From contig JACPSK010000003.1 of assembly GCA_016193335.1 (NCBI GenBank), forward strand, positions 23,739 to 87,738: 64,000 nt of DNA, given 5' to 3'. This document shows, piece after piece, positions 38,802 to 48,722 of the stretch. Each line of letters begins with the position of its first letter. Position 1 is the first letter of the stretch. Under the pieces are notes generated by a model. The model ran no database searches. It saw only the letters and a list, made by a program, of their open reading frames with translations, and was not told the DNA's origin. Origin of the DNA: Candidatus Magasanikiibacteriota bacterium. GTDB taxonomy: Bacteria; Patescibacteriota; Patescibacteriia; Magasanikbacterales; UBA922. The position numbers and the translations under genes are program-made.

Positions 38802-41555
38802 ATGTTGTTCAAGAAAAATGAAGGTTTCCAATTGCTCGTTTGTTCCTCTTGTGGCGCTCTTGGGTATAAGGGGGCCAGAGTTTGTCGGGAGTGCAAAGGG
38901 AGGAGCCTCGGTCGTTTCACTCCCGGCTTTTTTTTGTATTATGGGGAAGCTCTCACTCGTTATCATATTGTTTTGAGAAAATTGAGAGTGAAATTATATA
39001 TATTTCAGATCATAGGAGCTCTGATTTTTTTGTTCGGAGGCATCGCTTTGTTTTTTTGGCAGGTTTACGCGAATGCTTTGTTTGCCGATGTACTCTCGTA
39101 TGAGTTTTGGTTTGCTTACCGGTTCCCCGCTCGGGCGCTTTTTTGGATTTCAGCGGCTTCTGCTTTATATTTATTTTATCAAAAACAGAGTTCCCGTCTT
39201 CGTCAAGAGGATACAGGAGAAATCACCTATGGCGAAGAACCTCGAGCCCTTCTTCAACATCAGCCTCTCGACTGGAAGGATGTCAATTTATTGGATAAAG
39301 ACCATCTGCGAGACATTTCTCAGTTTTTTACCCGTTCGGCGAAAGATACCTTGGAACAGGCTTATGCTTTGGCGGATGAACAGGGCGCGGAGGAGCTGGG
39401 TTCAGCCCATCTTTTTTACGCGCTTCTCTCTGACGCTCAAGTTTCACATATTTTTGCTCGTTTGGGTCTTCCGGCCAAACTCATACAAGCAAAAGTGGCC
39501 GCGGCTCTTTCAAAAAAGAAACGAAAAGATCCTCCCCGCCTTTCCAATGATCTGGCGCAAATATTATTTCATGCCTATGAATTTGCTCTCGAAACCAAAG
39601 ACCGCTATGTGAGAGGCAGCGCGCTTTTGGCCGCCACGGTTGGCCAATCGGAACCTGTTCAGGAATTTTTGTATGATCTGAAAGTAGATCAAAGAAAACT
39701 GTATAACGTGATTGCTTGGGTTCGAATTCGGGAACGCCTCTCAGAAGAACACAGGCTATTTCGCGAAGCGGCCGCGCATTGGAGCAAGTACGGCATGGAC
39801 CGAGCCATGACCGCCGTTGCCACTCCTTTTTTAAACAGCATCAGCCAGGATATTACTTTGGCGGCCAAATATGGGAATCTTTCTCCTTGCGTTGCTCGGG
39901 ACAAAGAAATTCAAGAAATATTCAGAATCATAGAAGGGGGTCGCAACAGTGTTTTGTTGGTGGGCGATCAAGGGGTCGGCAAAATGAGTATTGTGGAAGG
40001 TATTGCTCAGCTCATGCTTCGCGGCGAGATTCCGGTTCGTCTTAAGGAAAAACGACTTGTTCAGATTTCCACTTCCGCTCTCTTGGCAGGCACTACGGTA
40101 AGCGGGGCTCAACAGCGCGTATTACAATTGATGAATGAAGTGGCCAAAGCGAAGAATGTCGTTTTGTTTGTACGCAATATCCACGATTTGATGGGTTCTT
40201 CCGACAGTGGTGGGTCTCAAGGTCTCGACGTTTCCGAAACCTTGGCTGAATATCTGGGCCCGGGCCGTTTTTTGACTCTCGCGACCGCAAGTCCGGAAGC
40301 TTATAAACGTTCTATGGCTCGTTCGGCGATTTCCAAAGTTTTTAGCAAAGTGGATGTGGCCGAGATGACTACTGATCAGGCCATACAGGTTTTGGAATCA
40401 AAAGCAGGTTTTGTCGAGTATCAACAGCATGTGTATTTTTCGTATGACGCGCTTGAACAATGCGTGGATTTGTCGAATAAATTTTTTCATGATCAGAATC
40501 TTCCGGAGAGCGCTTTGTCTCTTATGAGTGAAGTCGCGAGTTTTGTGCGTAGCGAGAGGGGAGAGGGCCAATTGGTAAACCCCGAAGATGTGGGGACTGT
40601 CGTGGGTCAAAAAACCGGAATTCCGGCCAGTAGCATCACAGAGGCCGAATCAGAAAAATTACTGCGTCTGGAACAAGAAATGCACGAGCGGATCGTGGGT
40701 CAGGATGAAGCGGTCATTTCGGTGGCCAATGCTTTGCGTCGCGCCAGAGCACAAATTCGTTCGCAAAAACGCCCTATCGCCAATTTTTTGTTTCTTGGTC
40801 CTACCGGAGTTGGGAAAACCGAGCTCGCCAAAACGATAGCAGACGTGTATTTTGGCGGAGAAAATCGCATGATCCGCGTGGACATGAGCGAATATCAAGA
40901 CAAAACAGGGGTTTATCGTCTCATAGGACAGCCCGGAGAGCAGGGGAGCGGCATTCTCACCGAAGCTGTGCGCGGGAATCCTTTCTCTTTGTTGCTTTTT
41001 GATGAGTTGGAAAAAGCGGATCCGAACATTTTGAATTTGTTTCTTCAAGTTTTTGACGATGGCAGGCTTACGGACAGCGTGGGGAGAGCCGCTGATTTTA
41101 CCAATACCATTATTATAGCCACTTCAAACGCGGGAACGGCCTATGTACAAAAACGCATCAAGGAAGGAGCTCCTTTGAAAGAAATAAAAGAAGAATTGAT
41201 GCGAGATAAACTCCAAGAATATTATCGTCCGGAATTTCTCAATCGTTTTGATGGTATTGTTTTATTTAAACCTCTTGGCCGTGACGAAATCAAAATTATA
41301 GCTTCTTTCATGCTCAAGCGGGTAGCCAAAGATTTGGAACAGCGCGGAGTGGGGCTTCGCGTGGAGGACAGCGCTCTCGAAGCCTTGGCCGCGGTTGGCT
41401 ATGATCCTGAGTTTGGAGCCCGCCCTATGCGCAGAGCCATACAAGACATGGTGGAAGACAAATTGGCTTCTCTCATACTAGAAAATAAACTTAAGCGCCG
41501 GGACACGGTGGTGCTTGGGGAGGGGGCGGAAATAAGGGTGGAATCAGGGCGCTGA
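38802..41555 (+). CDS. ClpA/B/C-family AAA+ ATPase with N-terminal Zn-finger and TM helices
   Basis: CxxC..CxxC, two hydrophobic helices, Clp-N repeats, GDQGVGK and GPTGVGKTE Walker A motifs, RVDMSEY, FDELEKA, RPEFLNR, GARPMRR. Confidence 0.92.
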   Translation: MLFKKNEGFQLLVCSSCGALGYKGARVCRECKGRSLGRFTPGFFLYYGEALTRYHIVLRKLRVKLYIFQIIGALIFLFGGIALFFWQVYANALFADVLSYEFWFAYRFPARALFWISAASALYLFYQKQSSRLRQEDTGEITYGEEPRALLQHQPLDWKDVNLLDKDHLRDISQFFTRSAKDTLEQAYALADEQGAEELGSAHLFYALLSDAQVSHIFARLGLPAKLIQAKVAAALSKKKRKDPPRLSNDLAQILFHAYEFALETKDRYVRGSALLAATVGQSEPVQEFLYDLKVDQRKLYNVIAWVRIRERLSEEHRLFREAAAHWSKYGMDRAMTAVATPFLNSISQDITLAAKYGNLSPCVARDKEIQEIFRIIEGGRNSVLLVGDQGVGKMSIVEGIAQLMLRGEIPVRLKEKRLVQISTSALLAGTTVSGAQQRVLQLMNEVAKAKNVVLFVRNIHDLMGSSDSGGSQGLDVSETLAEYLGPGRFLTLATASPEAYKRSMARSAISKVFSKVDVAEMTTDQAIQVLESKAGFVEYQQHVYFSYDALEQCVDLSNKFFHDQNLPESALSLMSEVASFVRSERGEGQLVNPEDVGTVVGQKTGIPASSITEAESEKLLRLEQEMHERIVGQDEAVISVANALRRARAQIRSQKRPIANFLFLGPTGVGKTELAKTIADVYFGGENRMIRVDMSEYQDKTGVYRLIGQPGEQGSGILTEAVRGNPFSLLLFDELEKADPNILNLFLQVFDDGRLTDSVGRAADFTNTIIIATSNAGTAYVQKRIKEGAPLKEIKEELMRDKLQEYYRPEFLNRFDGIVLFKPLGRDEIKIIASFMLKRVAKDLEQRGVGLRVEDSALEALAAVGYDPEFGARPMRRAIQDMVEDKLASLILENKLKRRDTVVLGEGAEIRVESGR

Positions 41556-41749
41556 AAGAAGATTATCACGGCTATTGCTATTGGATAGTGGGATTTGCTA
41601 TAGTACATTGTCATTATATGAAATTTTCAATTTATAATTTTTAAATTTGTAATGACACAGTTTCCAATGATATAAACAAAATATTGTTATCTGAAATATA
41701 CTGCGCAGGCTCAGTCATTAGAAATTATTTATTGAAAATTTACAGAATT

Positions 41750-42811
41750 ATGTACCTCGGTTATTTCATTGTGTCTTCTCTTCTTTCTCTTCTCATAACC
41801 CCCTTCGTCTATTATGCCATGTATAAGGTCGGGGCGGTGGATAGTCCCCAAGGAGAAAAAAGAAAAATTCATAAGAAAAAAATTCCTCTAGGAGGCGGTT
41901 TGGCCATTTTTTTGAGTTTTTTCATTATCGTTTGGATTGTTTTTTTCGGTTCCGAGGAGCTGGGATCTTACGTGGGTTTTAGACATATCTTGGGCCTTTT
42001 TTTGGCGGGCTCAGTGCTTATGTTTGGCGGTTTTCTTGATGACAAGTGGAGGCTGTCTCCTTCGAAACAACTTTTTTTTTCGATTATCGCGGCTTTACTT
42101 ATTATTGTCTTCGGGATAGGTCCTCACAGTTTTAGCAATCCTTTTGGCGGCTCTTTTGATTTGTCCGGTTTACAGATTAATGTCGGCAATCTTGGACGCT
42201 TGGTAGTTTTCGCGGATTTGCTGGTTTTCGCCTGGCTCATGGGCATGATGTTCACAACCAAATTTTTGGATGGGCTCGACGGTTTGGTTACGGGATTGGT
42301 TATGATAGGGTCTTTGTTCATATTTTTTTTGAGTCTTCAAGATCAATGGCGTCAGCCGGAAGTGGCTCTGTTGTCCATTATTTTCGCGGGGGCTTGCCTC
42401 GGTTTTTTGGTTTGGAACTGGCATCCGGCGAAAATATTTTTGGGAGAGGGAGGTTCTTTGTTCACCGGTTTGGCTCTTGCGGTGCTCGCCATTATTTCAG
42501 AAGGTAAAATAGCGACCACGCTTTTGGTTATGGGCTTGCCTGTTCTCGATGTTTTGCGGGTTATCGTGAGAAGGATGCAGAAAAAAAGATCCATTTTCCA
42601 TGGAGATGATGAGCATTTGCATTTTAAACTTTTGGCTTCAGGTTTGAAACAACATCAGGCAGTGCTTCTCATGTACGCCATTTCTCTTTCTTTCGGGCTG
42701 AGCGCCTTTTTTTTGCAAAGCACTCAGAAAGTATTGGCCCTACTTTTGCTTTTGTTGCTTATGATTTTGCTCGGTGTTTGGTTCGACCGAAGGGAGAAAG
42801 CTTTGCTATAA
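41750..42811 (+). CDS. WecA/TagO/MraY-family polyprenyl-phosphate sugar-1-phosphate transferase
   Basis: Motifs RKIH..KIP.GGGLA, G.LDD, FLDGLDGL, FL.WN.HPAKIFLG, H.H..L. Confidence 0.9.
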   Translation: MYLGYFIVSSLLSLLITPFVYYAMYKVGAVDSPQGEKRKIHKKKIPLGGGLAIFLSFFIIVWIVFFGSEELGSYVGFRHILGLFLAGSVLMFGGFLDDKWRLSPSKQLFFSIIAALLIIVFGIGPHSFSNPFGGSFDLSGLQINVGNLGRLVVFADLLVFAWLMGMMFTTKFLDGLDGLVTGLVMIGSLFIFFLSLQDQWRQPEVALLSIIFAGACLGFLVWNWHPAKIFLGEGGSLFTGLALAVLAIISEGKIATTLLVMGLPVLDVLRVIVRRMQKKRSIFHGDDEHLHFKLLASGLKQHQAVLLMYAISLSFGLSAFFLQSTQKVLALLLLLLLMILLGVWFDRREKALL

Positions 42812-42814
42812 TCT

Positions 42815-43291
42815 ATGCGGACATCAGAAATGAAAAAGCATCCGAAACACGTAAAAATGGTCTTTGTTCTTTTCATTTCCGCTTTGGTTTTTCTTCAACT
42901 TTGGAAATTTTATTGGCCAAGCTTGGATCTTGGACTTAAAAATGAGAATCTTCATGTTTTGCACGCCAAGACCTTGTTTCAACAGTATCGGGGCCTTGGA
43001 AAGAGAGAATCTTTGGGCCGCTTTGATGGGATGCTCTTTGTTTTTGATGTCTACGCCAAACACGGGATCGTTATGAGAGATATGATGTTTCCCATAGACA
43101 TTGTGTGGCTGAGGGACGCCAAGGTGGTGGATATTGCTCCGGACGTGCAGACTGAACCCGGGACGCCTGAAAAATATTTGCGCCGGTATTATCCCAGGAT
43201 AGAAGCCAATATGGTTCTTGAACTTCCGGCCGCCTGGGCGCAAAAACATGAGCTAAAGATCGGTGATGAATTGAGAATTTTGGACCCTTAG
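42815..43291 (+). CDS. DUF192 family protein
   Basis: GL..RESL...DGMLFVF, M..M.FPIDIVW, VLELPA motifs. Confidence 0.85.
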   Translation: MRTSEMKKHPKHVKMVFVLFISALVFLQLWKFYWPSLDLGLKNENLHVLHAKTLFQQYRGLGKRESLGRFDGMLFVFDVYAKHGIVMRDMMFPIDIVWLRDAKVVDIAPDVQTEPGTPEKYLRRYYPRIEANMVLELPAAWAQKHELKIGDELRILDP

Positions 43292-43361
43292 CCGGGGTTT
43301 GTTGCGCTAGGATTTACTTTTATAAAGAGATAGGGGCTTGTCTCAGCCCACAACGTGGCCC

Positions 43362-43390
43362 TTGACTTTTTTCTCTCGTCTCTATATACT
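43362..43390 (+). promoter_or_regulatory. sigma70 promoter of rplU
   Basis: TTGACT-N17-TATACT. Confidence 0.7.
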
Positions 43391-43426
43391 GTCCACATTC
43401 CTTTTGAATTTTTAATTCATACATGT

Positions 43427-43738
43427 ATGATCGCGGTCATCGCAACAGGCGGAAAACAATATCTTGTCAAGACCGGAGAGACGCTTAAAATCGAGAAAAT
43501 TAAGGGCGAACCCGGGGAAGAAGTAATCTTTGACAAAATTTTGCTTTTGGCGAAAGATGATGGTTCTGAAGCTCAGATTGGCACGCCGTATCTTGAAGGT
43601 GTCTCTATATCGGCCAACCTGGAAGAGCAGGGGAGATCCCGCAAACTGAGAGTCGTCAAGTTTAAAAGAAAGGTAAGATATAAGCGTGTTCACGGACACA
43701 GACAGCATTTCACGAAAGTGAAAGTGAAGACGGCTTAA
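43427..43738 (+). CDS. rplU: 50S ribosomal protein L21
   Basis: M.AVI.TGGKQY.V and GHRQ.FT motifs. Confidence 0.97.
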   Translation: MIAVIATGGKQYLVKTGETLKIEKIKGEPGEEVIFDKILLLAKDDGSEAQIGTPYLEGVSISANLEEQGRSRKLRVVKFKRKVRYKRVHGHRQHFTKVKVKTA

Positions 43739-43758
43739 GAACGGTTTACCTTGATACC

Positions 43759-43790
43759 AAAACATCCCTTGCGCGGGGATGTTTTATTTT
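43759..43790. terminator. Bidirectional terminator between rplU and recR
   Basis: AAAACATCCCT-TGCGC-GGGGATGTTTT. Confidence 0.75.
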
Positions 43791-43848
43791 GGGCGCGCCC
43801 ATTAAAGTGATAAAAAGTATTTTGTCACTTAGCCTGGTGGAAATGTAC

Positions 43849-44457
43849 TCAACTCTGTTGTCTGTTTTTTAAGGCGCTGCTCAAGGTGATCTCATCCGCG
43901 TATTGCAGATCGCTACCCATGGGAAGGCCTCTCGCCAGACGACTCAGTTTCACCGGAATCTCCGATTTTTTGATTTGCTGTTCCAGATACATCATCGTTG
44001 TTTCACCCGGCAGGTCCGGGTTGAGAGCAAGAAGGATTTCTTGAATTTTATCTTGAGATATTCTTTTGAATAATTCAGCAGACTTCAGATGGGCTGTCGG
44101 GTGCTCTGCTTCGCTGTCCAAAGTTCCTCGCAATATATGGTAGAGACCTTTGAATTGACCGGTGCGTTCTATGGCGCGCATGTCTTGCGGCTCTGCCACT
44201 ACGCAGATGAGAGATCTGTCCCGACTGCCGTCAGCGCAGAGGCGGCAAGGTGAAGTATCTGAGAAATCCCAGCATGATTCACAGCTTTTTATGCTCTGCA
44301 TAATATTGCCGAGAGCTTGGGAGAGCTCGGCCACTTCTTTTTTGCCTGATTTTAAGAAGAAAAATACAAAACGTTCGGCGCTGCGTCTTCCCACGCCTGG
44401 TAATTTTTCAAAGCATTTAATCAAAGATTCTATGGCTATGGGATAGGAGGGTATCAT
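43849..44457 (-). CDS. recR: Recombination mediator RecR
   Basis: LPGVG.RSA.R HhH, C4 zinc finger, GE.T, RLARGLP.G..L.YAD..TL. Confidence 0.96.
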   Translation of the reverse strand: MIPSYPIAIESLIKCFEKLPGVGRRSAERFVFFFLKSGKKEVAELSQALGNIMQSIKSCESCWDFSDTSPCRLCADGSRDRSLICVVAEPQDMRAIERTGQFKGLYHILRGTLDSEAEHPTAHLKSAELFKRISQDKIQEILLALNPDLPGETTMMYLEQQIKKSEIPVKLSRLARGLPMGSDLQYADEITLSSALKNRQQS

Positions 44458-44516
44458 ACAAAAAAATTTGAACTTTTCGCGCGAGGAATACTGCGGAGCT
44501 CAGTTTGAAGGCTGGT

Positions 44517-44822
44517 TTAATTGCTTTTCCCGAAGATATTGGGAAGTCCGCCCATTTCTTTCATTTTCATGGCCATGATGCGCTGTATTTTTTTCAGTGC
44601 GTCTTTGTGAGCTTCTTTGATCGCTTCCTGGAGTTTTTCTTTTTTCGAAGGATCCAAAAGTTCTTCATCTATGGCGAGGCCTGTCATCTGGAGATTGCCA
44701 TCCATGCTCAAGACTACTTTGTCTCCGGCGCTTTTTACGGTTACTGATTCTTTTTCAAGAGCGCTCTGCATTGTTTTGGCTTGGTCTCTCATGTCTTTGA
44801 ATTGTTTGAGTTTGTTGAACAT
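44517..44822 (-). CDS. ybaB: YbaB/EbfC nucleoid-associated protein
   Basis: QAK.MQ..L....V.....G..V...G pattern; canonical position upstream of recR. Confidence 0.88.
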   Translation of the reverse strand: MFNKLKQFKDMRDQAKTMQSALEKESVTVKSAGDKVVLSMDGNLQMTGLAIDEELLDPSKKEKLQEAIKEAHKDALKKIQRIMAMKMKEMGGLPNIFGKSN

Positions 44823-44883
44823 ACTTACTTAGAAATTTTTAATTTATAATTTTTAAACAATTTTTAATTCTTTTATGCGATAT

Positions 44884-46320
44884 TTAGAAATGGGGGACAG
44901 GAGCCTGGGCTCTCGGAACACTTGCCTGGGGCCGTGGCGCTTCTTCAAGTTGGTTATCCAAATTTTTGAAGCTCGCCCGTTCTTCTTCAAAGAACACACT
45001 TACTTGGCCAGTGGGTCCGTTTCTATGCTTTGCTATGTGCAGTTCGGCGATATGCCGTTCATCGGGCGGGATATCATCAAGGCGGTAGTTTCGATCCGCG
45101 GCTTTGCGATAGATAAAGAGCACCACATCGGCATCTTGCTCAATACTACCAGATTCTCTGAGGTGCGACAACTTGGGAATGGCTGGTTTTGTTTGTTCCA
45201 CCGCGCGAGAAAGCTGAGACAAAGCAAGCACCGGTACGTTCAATTCTCTGGCTATACCTTTTAGATTTCTGGTCATTTCCGCCACCTCCTGCACTCGATT
45301 GTCAGAACCGTGTTTGGTATGAGATTCCATGAGCTGCAAATAGTCTATTACGATGAGGCCAAGGCCGTGCTCTGCCTGGAGTCGCCGAGCCTTGGTTCGT
45401 ATTTGCATCACATTATTACCGGGAAAGTCATCTATAAAAATTTGAGCATCTGAAAGTACACCCATGGCATGGCCGATTCTTGGAAAATCATTGCTATCCG
45501 GCCTGTCCGACAAATTGCCGGTGCGCATTTTCCATAAGTCCACTCCCGCTTCGGCGCAGAGCAGGCGATCTACCAGTTGTTCTTTGCTCATTTCCAAGGA
45601 AAAAAAACCAACCGGAGCTTTTACGCGCACAGCCACATGACGCACGATATCTAGAGCGAGAGAGGTTTTCCCAACAGAAGGACGGGCCGCGAGAATGATG
45701 AGGTCTGATTTTTGGAGTCCTGCCAGGAGATTATCCAGGCGTTTAAATCCGGTTGCCAAGCCCCGGAGTTTGCCCCGTTCCCGATGCAATTCATCTATGC
45801 GTTCAAAAGCATCGCTCAAAACGCCTCTGATGGGGACGAAATTTTGTTTTATGTGTTTTTGCGTTACGCTAAACAATTGTTTTTGAGCTTGGTCGAGGAG
45901 GGATTCTATGTCTTCGCTGTCTTCTTGGTATCCCAGTCTTGATATTTCATGAGCCGATTGCAAAAGTTTTCGGAGCGTTGATTTGCGTAGTACGATGTCG
46001 GCATAGTGTTTTATATGAGCCGCGGTGGGAACATTGTTGGACAGCCTCACGAGATAACTTCTGCCCCCTATGGTTTCGACTTGTTTTTTTTCTTCGAGTC
46101 TATTTCCCAGAGTGAGGATATCTATAGGTTCGCTTTTTCTATAGAGTTCTTGCATGGCCTCGAAGATATCGGCATGAGCTTTTTTATAAAAATCCTCGGC
46201 TCCGATAGTGTCGGCGATTTTTAGCATGGCTTCTTTATCCAACAAAACAGAGCCGAGCAAAGACATTTCGGCTTCCAAATTTTGCGGGGGCATTTTTTCG
46301 ACTTCAGTTATGCTTGGCAC
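44884..46320 (-). CDS. dnaB: Replicative DNA helicase
   Basis: Motifs PPQNLEAE, AARPSVGKT, FSLEMS, IDYLQL, SQLSR, LRESGSIEQDAD, KHRNGPTG. Confidence 0.98.
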   Translation of the reverse strand: MPSITEVEKMPPQNLEAEMSLLGSVLLDKEAMLKIADTIGAEDFYKKAHADIFEAMQELYRKSEPIDILTLGNRLEEKKQVETIGGRSYLVRLSNNVPTAAHIKHYADIVLRKSTLRKLLQSAHEISRLGYQEDSEDIESLLDQAQKQLFSVTQKHIKQNFVPIRGVLSDAFERIDELHRERGKLRGLATGFKRLDNLLAGLQKSDLIILAARPSVGKTSLALDIVRHVAVRVKAPVGFFSLEMSKEQLVDRLLCAEAGVDLWKMRTGNLSDRPDSNDFPRIGHAMGVLSDAQIFIDDFPGNNVMQIRTKARRLQAEHGLGLIVIDYLQLMESHTKHGSDNRVQEVAEMTRNLKGIARELNVPVLALSQLSRAVEQTKPAIPKLSHLRESGSIEQDADVVLFIYRKAADRNYRLDDIPPDERHIAELHIAKHRNGPTGQVSVFFEEERASFKNLDNQLEEAPRPQASVPRAQAPVPHF

Positions 46321-46497
46321 AGAGCTTTCTAATAAAATATACGTTCACTTTAGGCTCTCTAGATCGAGCGTTTGTATGGTAGCCTATTTGCAGGAGGCCT
46401 TCAAGACTGAATTTTGCCGAGTGTGGGGAACTTGTTGATATGAGGTGCGCTCCTTGAAAAATGGCATGGAGTGTCATATACTTGCGCCATACAAACT

Positions 46498-47397
46498 ATG
46501 CCGGATTTTTTTGATCCTCAATTTTCTTCTCATATATATAAAGAGAATCCCGAGATTTTCCTCTGTTGGCCTTCGGATATGAACGATTTGGCGAAGGCTG
46601 AAGCAGAACACCACGACCATGATCATGAAGACCCGTTTGAAGTCCATCAGTTGGAGTCTTGGCGCAACCGGTTTTATCATAGGCGTATTTGGAAACTGCT
46701 CCAAAAAATGCCTGTCAGCTCGCGAATTTTGGAAGTCGGCGCAGGGAGTGGATTTGACGCCAAAGAACTTTTGGGGAGAAACTATGAATTGGTGCTCGGC
46801 GATGTATCTCCGGAAACTTTGAATCGGCTTTCACAGCGTCTTGGTCTTTTATCCGATGAACGAGTTTATTATGTGGCTCTTGACGCGGAACATCTGCCCT
46901 TTCTCAGTAATTCCTTTGAAGCCATGTATATGATAGCCACCTTTCACCATGTAGAGAGCCCGATCGCCGCGCTTGCGGAAGCCGAGAGGGTGCTTAAGCC
47001 CGATGGCCTCCTTATACTCGGTGTTGAGCCAAACCTAACGTACTTTAGACCCATCCGGTGGTTTAAAGGAATTTTGTATAGACTTTCGCATACTGACCCG
47101 GAGCACATTTCAAAAGCAGACGCTCAAATGGAGGGCTTTTCCAAAAGCCAGCTTGACCTGCTGTTTAAAGGAAAAGAATGGAAAGACCTTTCGATACGCC
47201 CCATGTGGTTTATCGCGGGTTTCTTTCATTATGTGATGGAATTTATGTTTCGAGCTTTAAAGCTGTCAAAACGTCTGCGCTTGCCGCTTTGGTTTGAGAA
47301 GTTTTTGGTACGGCTTGATGAATTTTTATTTAAAATTCCAGGGTTTTCTTATCTCGCTTGGCACTGGGTTCTGACAGCGCGCAAACGAGAATCATAA
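46498..47397 (+). CDS. Class I SAM-dependent methyltransferase
   Basis: ILEVGAGSG, DAEHLPF...SF, HH, RVLKP.G motifs. Confidence 0.88.
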   Translation: MPDFFDPQFSSHIYKENPEIFLCWPSDMNDLAKAEAEHHDHDHEDPFEVHQLESWRNRFYHRRIWKLLQKMPVSSRILEVGAGSGFDAKELLGRNYELVLGDVSPETLNRLSQRLGLLSDERVYYVALDAEHLPFLSNSFEAMYMIATFHHVESPIAALAEAERVLKPDGLLILGVEPNLTYFRPIRWFKGILYRLSHTDPEHISKADAQMEGFSKSQLDLLFKGKEWKDLSIRPMWFIAGFFHYVMEFMFRALKLSKRLRLPLWFEKFLVRLDEFLFKIPGFSYLAWHWVLTARKRES

Positions 47398-47410
47398 GCA
47401 TAACGCAGGC

Positions 47411-48610
47411 ATGAAAATTTGCATCATCAATAATATATACCCCCCCTACGATAGGGGAGGAGCCGAACAAGTGGTGGTAAAAACCGTGGAAGGCTTGCTC
47501 GAGGCGGGACAGGAAGTCGTGGTGATAACGAGTTCTCCTGAAGATAAGGATTTGGAATTAGATGGAGCTCTCAAAATTTATCGCAAGCGTCCTCCTAATA
47601 TTTTTTTTTATACCGAAGCCCATGATCATGCGTGGGCCAGCCGTTTTCTTTGGCATGGCATCGATACCTTCAATGTTTTTTGCGCGAACTGGGTCCGTGA
47701 TATTTTGATCAAAGAAGCCCCTGACGTGGTGCATACCCACAACTTGATGGGGTTGAGTTTTTTGATACCCAAAATTATTCGTTCTCTGGGTTTGAGACAT
47801 GTGCATCATGTGCACGATGTGCAGCTGGTAGAGCCGAGCGCCATGATTTTTAAAGCCAAGGAATCTTCGTGGAGATATAATGGATTGCCAACCAGATTTT
47901 ATACTTGGATCATGAAAGGACTCATGGGTTCTCCGTCTGTAGTCGTTTCTCCTTCTCAGTTTTTGAAAGATTTTTATGGATCTCGGGGTTTTTTTTCTCA
48001 TTCTCGATTTGAAATAGTGCGCAATCCGGTTACTTTTCCGATCAGTTCTGAAATTCGCTCAGAAATAAAACACGAAGATAGAGCTTTTAATTTTTTGTAT
48101 CTCGGCCAAATTGAATATCACAAAGGCGTTTTGCTTTTGATGCGAGCTTTTGTGGAGGCCGTCAAAAAATACGGACTTCGAGCAGACTTGCATGTGGTGG
48201 GGGACGGTTCTTTGCTGGATACGCTCAAATCTCTGGCGGCTTCTTATTCTTTTGTGCATATATATGGAAAAAAGGACCGGGCCGCAATCCCCGATTTATT
48301 CCGAATTATGGATATGACTGTGGTGCCTTCCCTCTGTTATGAAAATTCTCCCACGGTTATTTTTGAAAGTTTTGCTTTTGGTGTGCCGGTTCTTGCCAGT
48401 GATAGCGAAGGAATAGCCGAGCTTATAGAAGAAGGAGCCAATGGTTTGACTTTTGAACCGGGTGATCAGGCATCTTTGGAAGAAAAAATTGCCTACTGTG
48501 TTTTCAACAAAAAAGAAATTTTTGAAATGGGCAAAAAAACAAGACGTTCGCTCAAGGGCTTATTGGAGGGAGAATACATAGGCACACTTATGTCTTTGTA
48601 CACTCCTTAA
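47411..48610 (+). CDS. Glycosyltransferase family 4
   Basis: YPP..RGGAE, PDVVH.HN, KG, PS..YEN.P.VI.E....G.PV motifs. Confidence 0.92.
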   Translation: MKICIINNIYPPYDRGGAEQVVVKTVEGLLEAGQEVVVITSSPEDKDLELDGALKIYRKRPPNIFFYTEAHDHAWASRFLWHGIDTFNVFCANWVRDILIKEAPDVVHTHNLMGLSFLIPKIIRSLGLRHVHHVHDVQLVEPSAMIFKAKESSWRYNGLPTRFYTWIMKGLMGSPSVVVSPSQFLKDFYGSRGFFSHSRFEIVRNPVTFPISSEIRSEIKHEDRAFNFLYLGQIEYHKGVLLLMRAFVEAVKKYGLRADLHVVGDGSLLDTLKSLAASYSFVHIYGKKDRAAIPDLFRIMDMTVVPSLCYENSPTVIFESFAFGVPVLASDSEGIAELIEEGANGLTFEPGDQASLEEKIAYCVFNKKEIFEMGKKTRRSLKGLLEGEYIGTLMSLYTP

Positions 48611-48648
48611 CACGGCTGTTTCGCCGGAATTATTTGTGGATCGATGTA

Positions 48649-48712
48649 AGCCTATCCCTTTACAACATATTTTAGAAATCCTAAGAACGAACGCGAGAGC
48701 GAAGCGGGCTGA
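48649..48712 (+). repeat. MITE-like family B copy (3'-truncated)
   Basis: AGCCTATCCCTTTACAACATATTTTAGAAATCCTAAGAACGAACGCGAGAGCGAAGCGGGCTGA aligns with 3806-3870. Confidence 0.8.
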
Positions 48713-48722
48713 AATGTGCCTT

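Noticed and set aside
44884-46320. Intein in DnaB
   Set aside because: Length is normal and the motifs are contiguous, with no C...HN insertion
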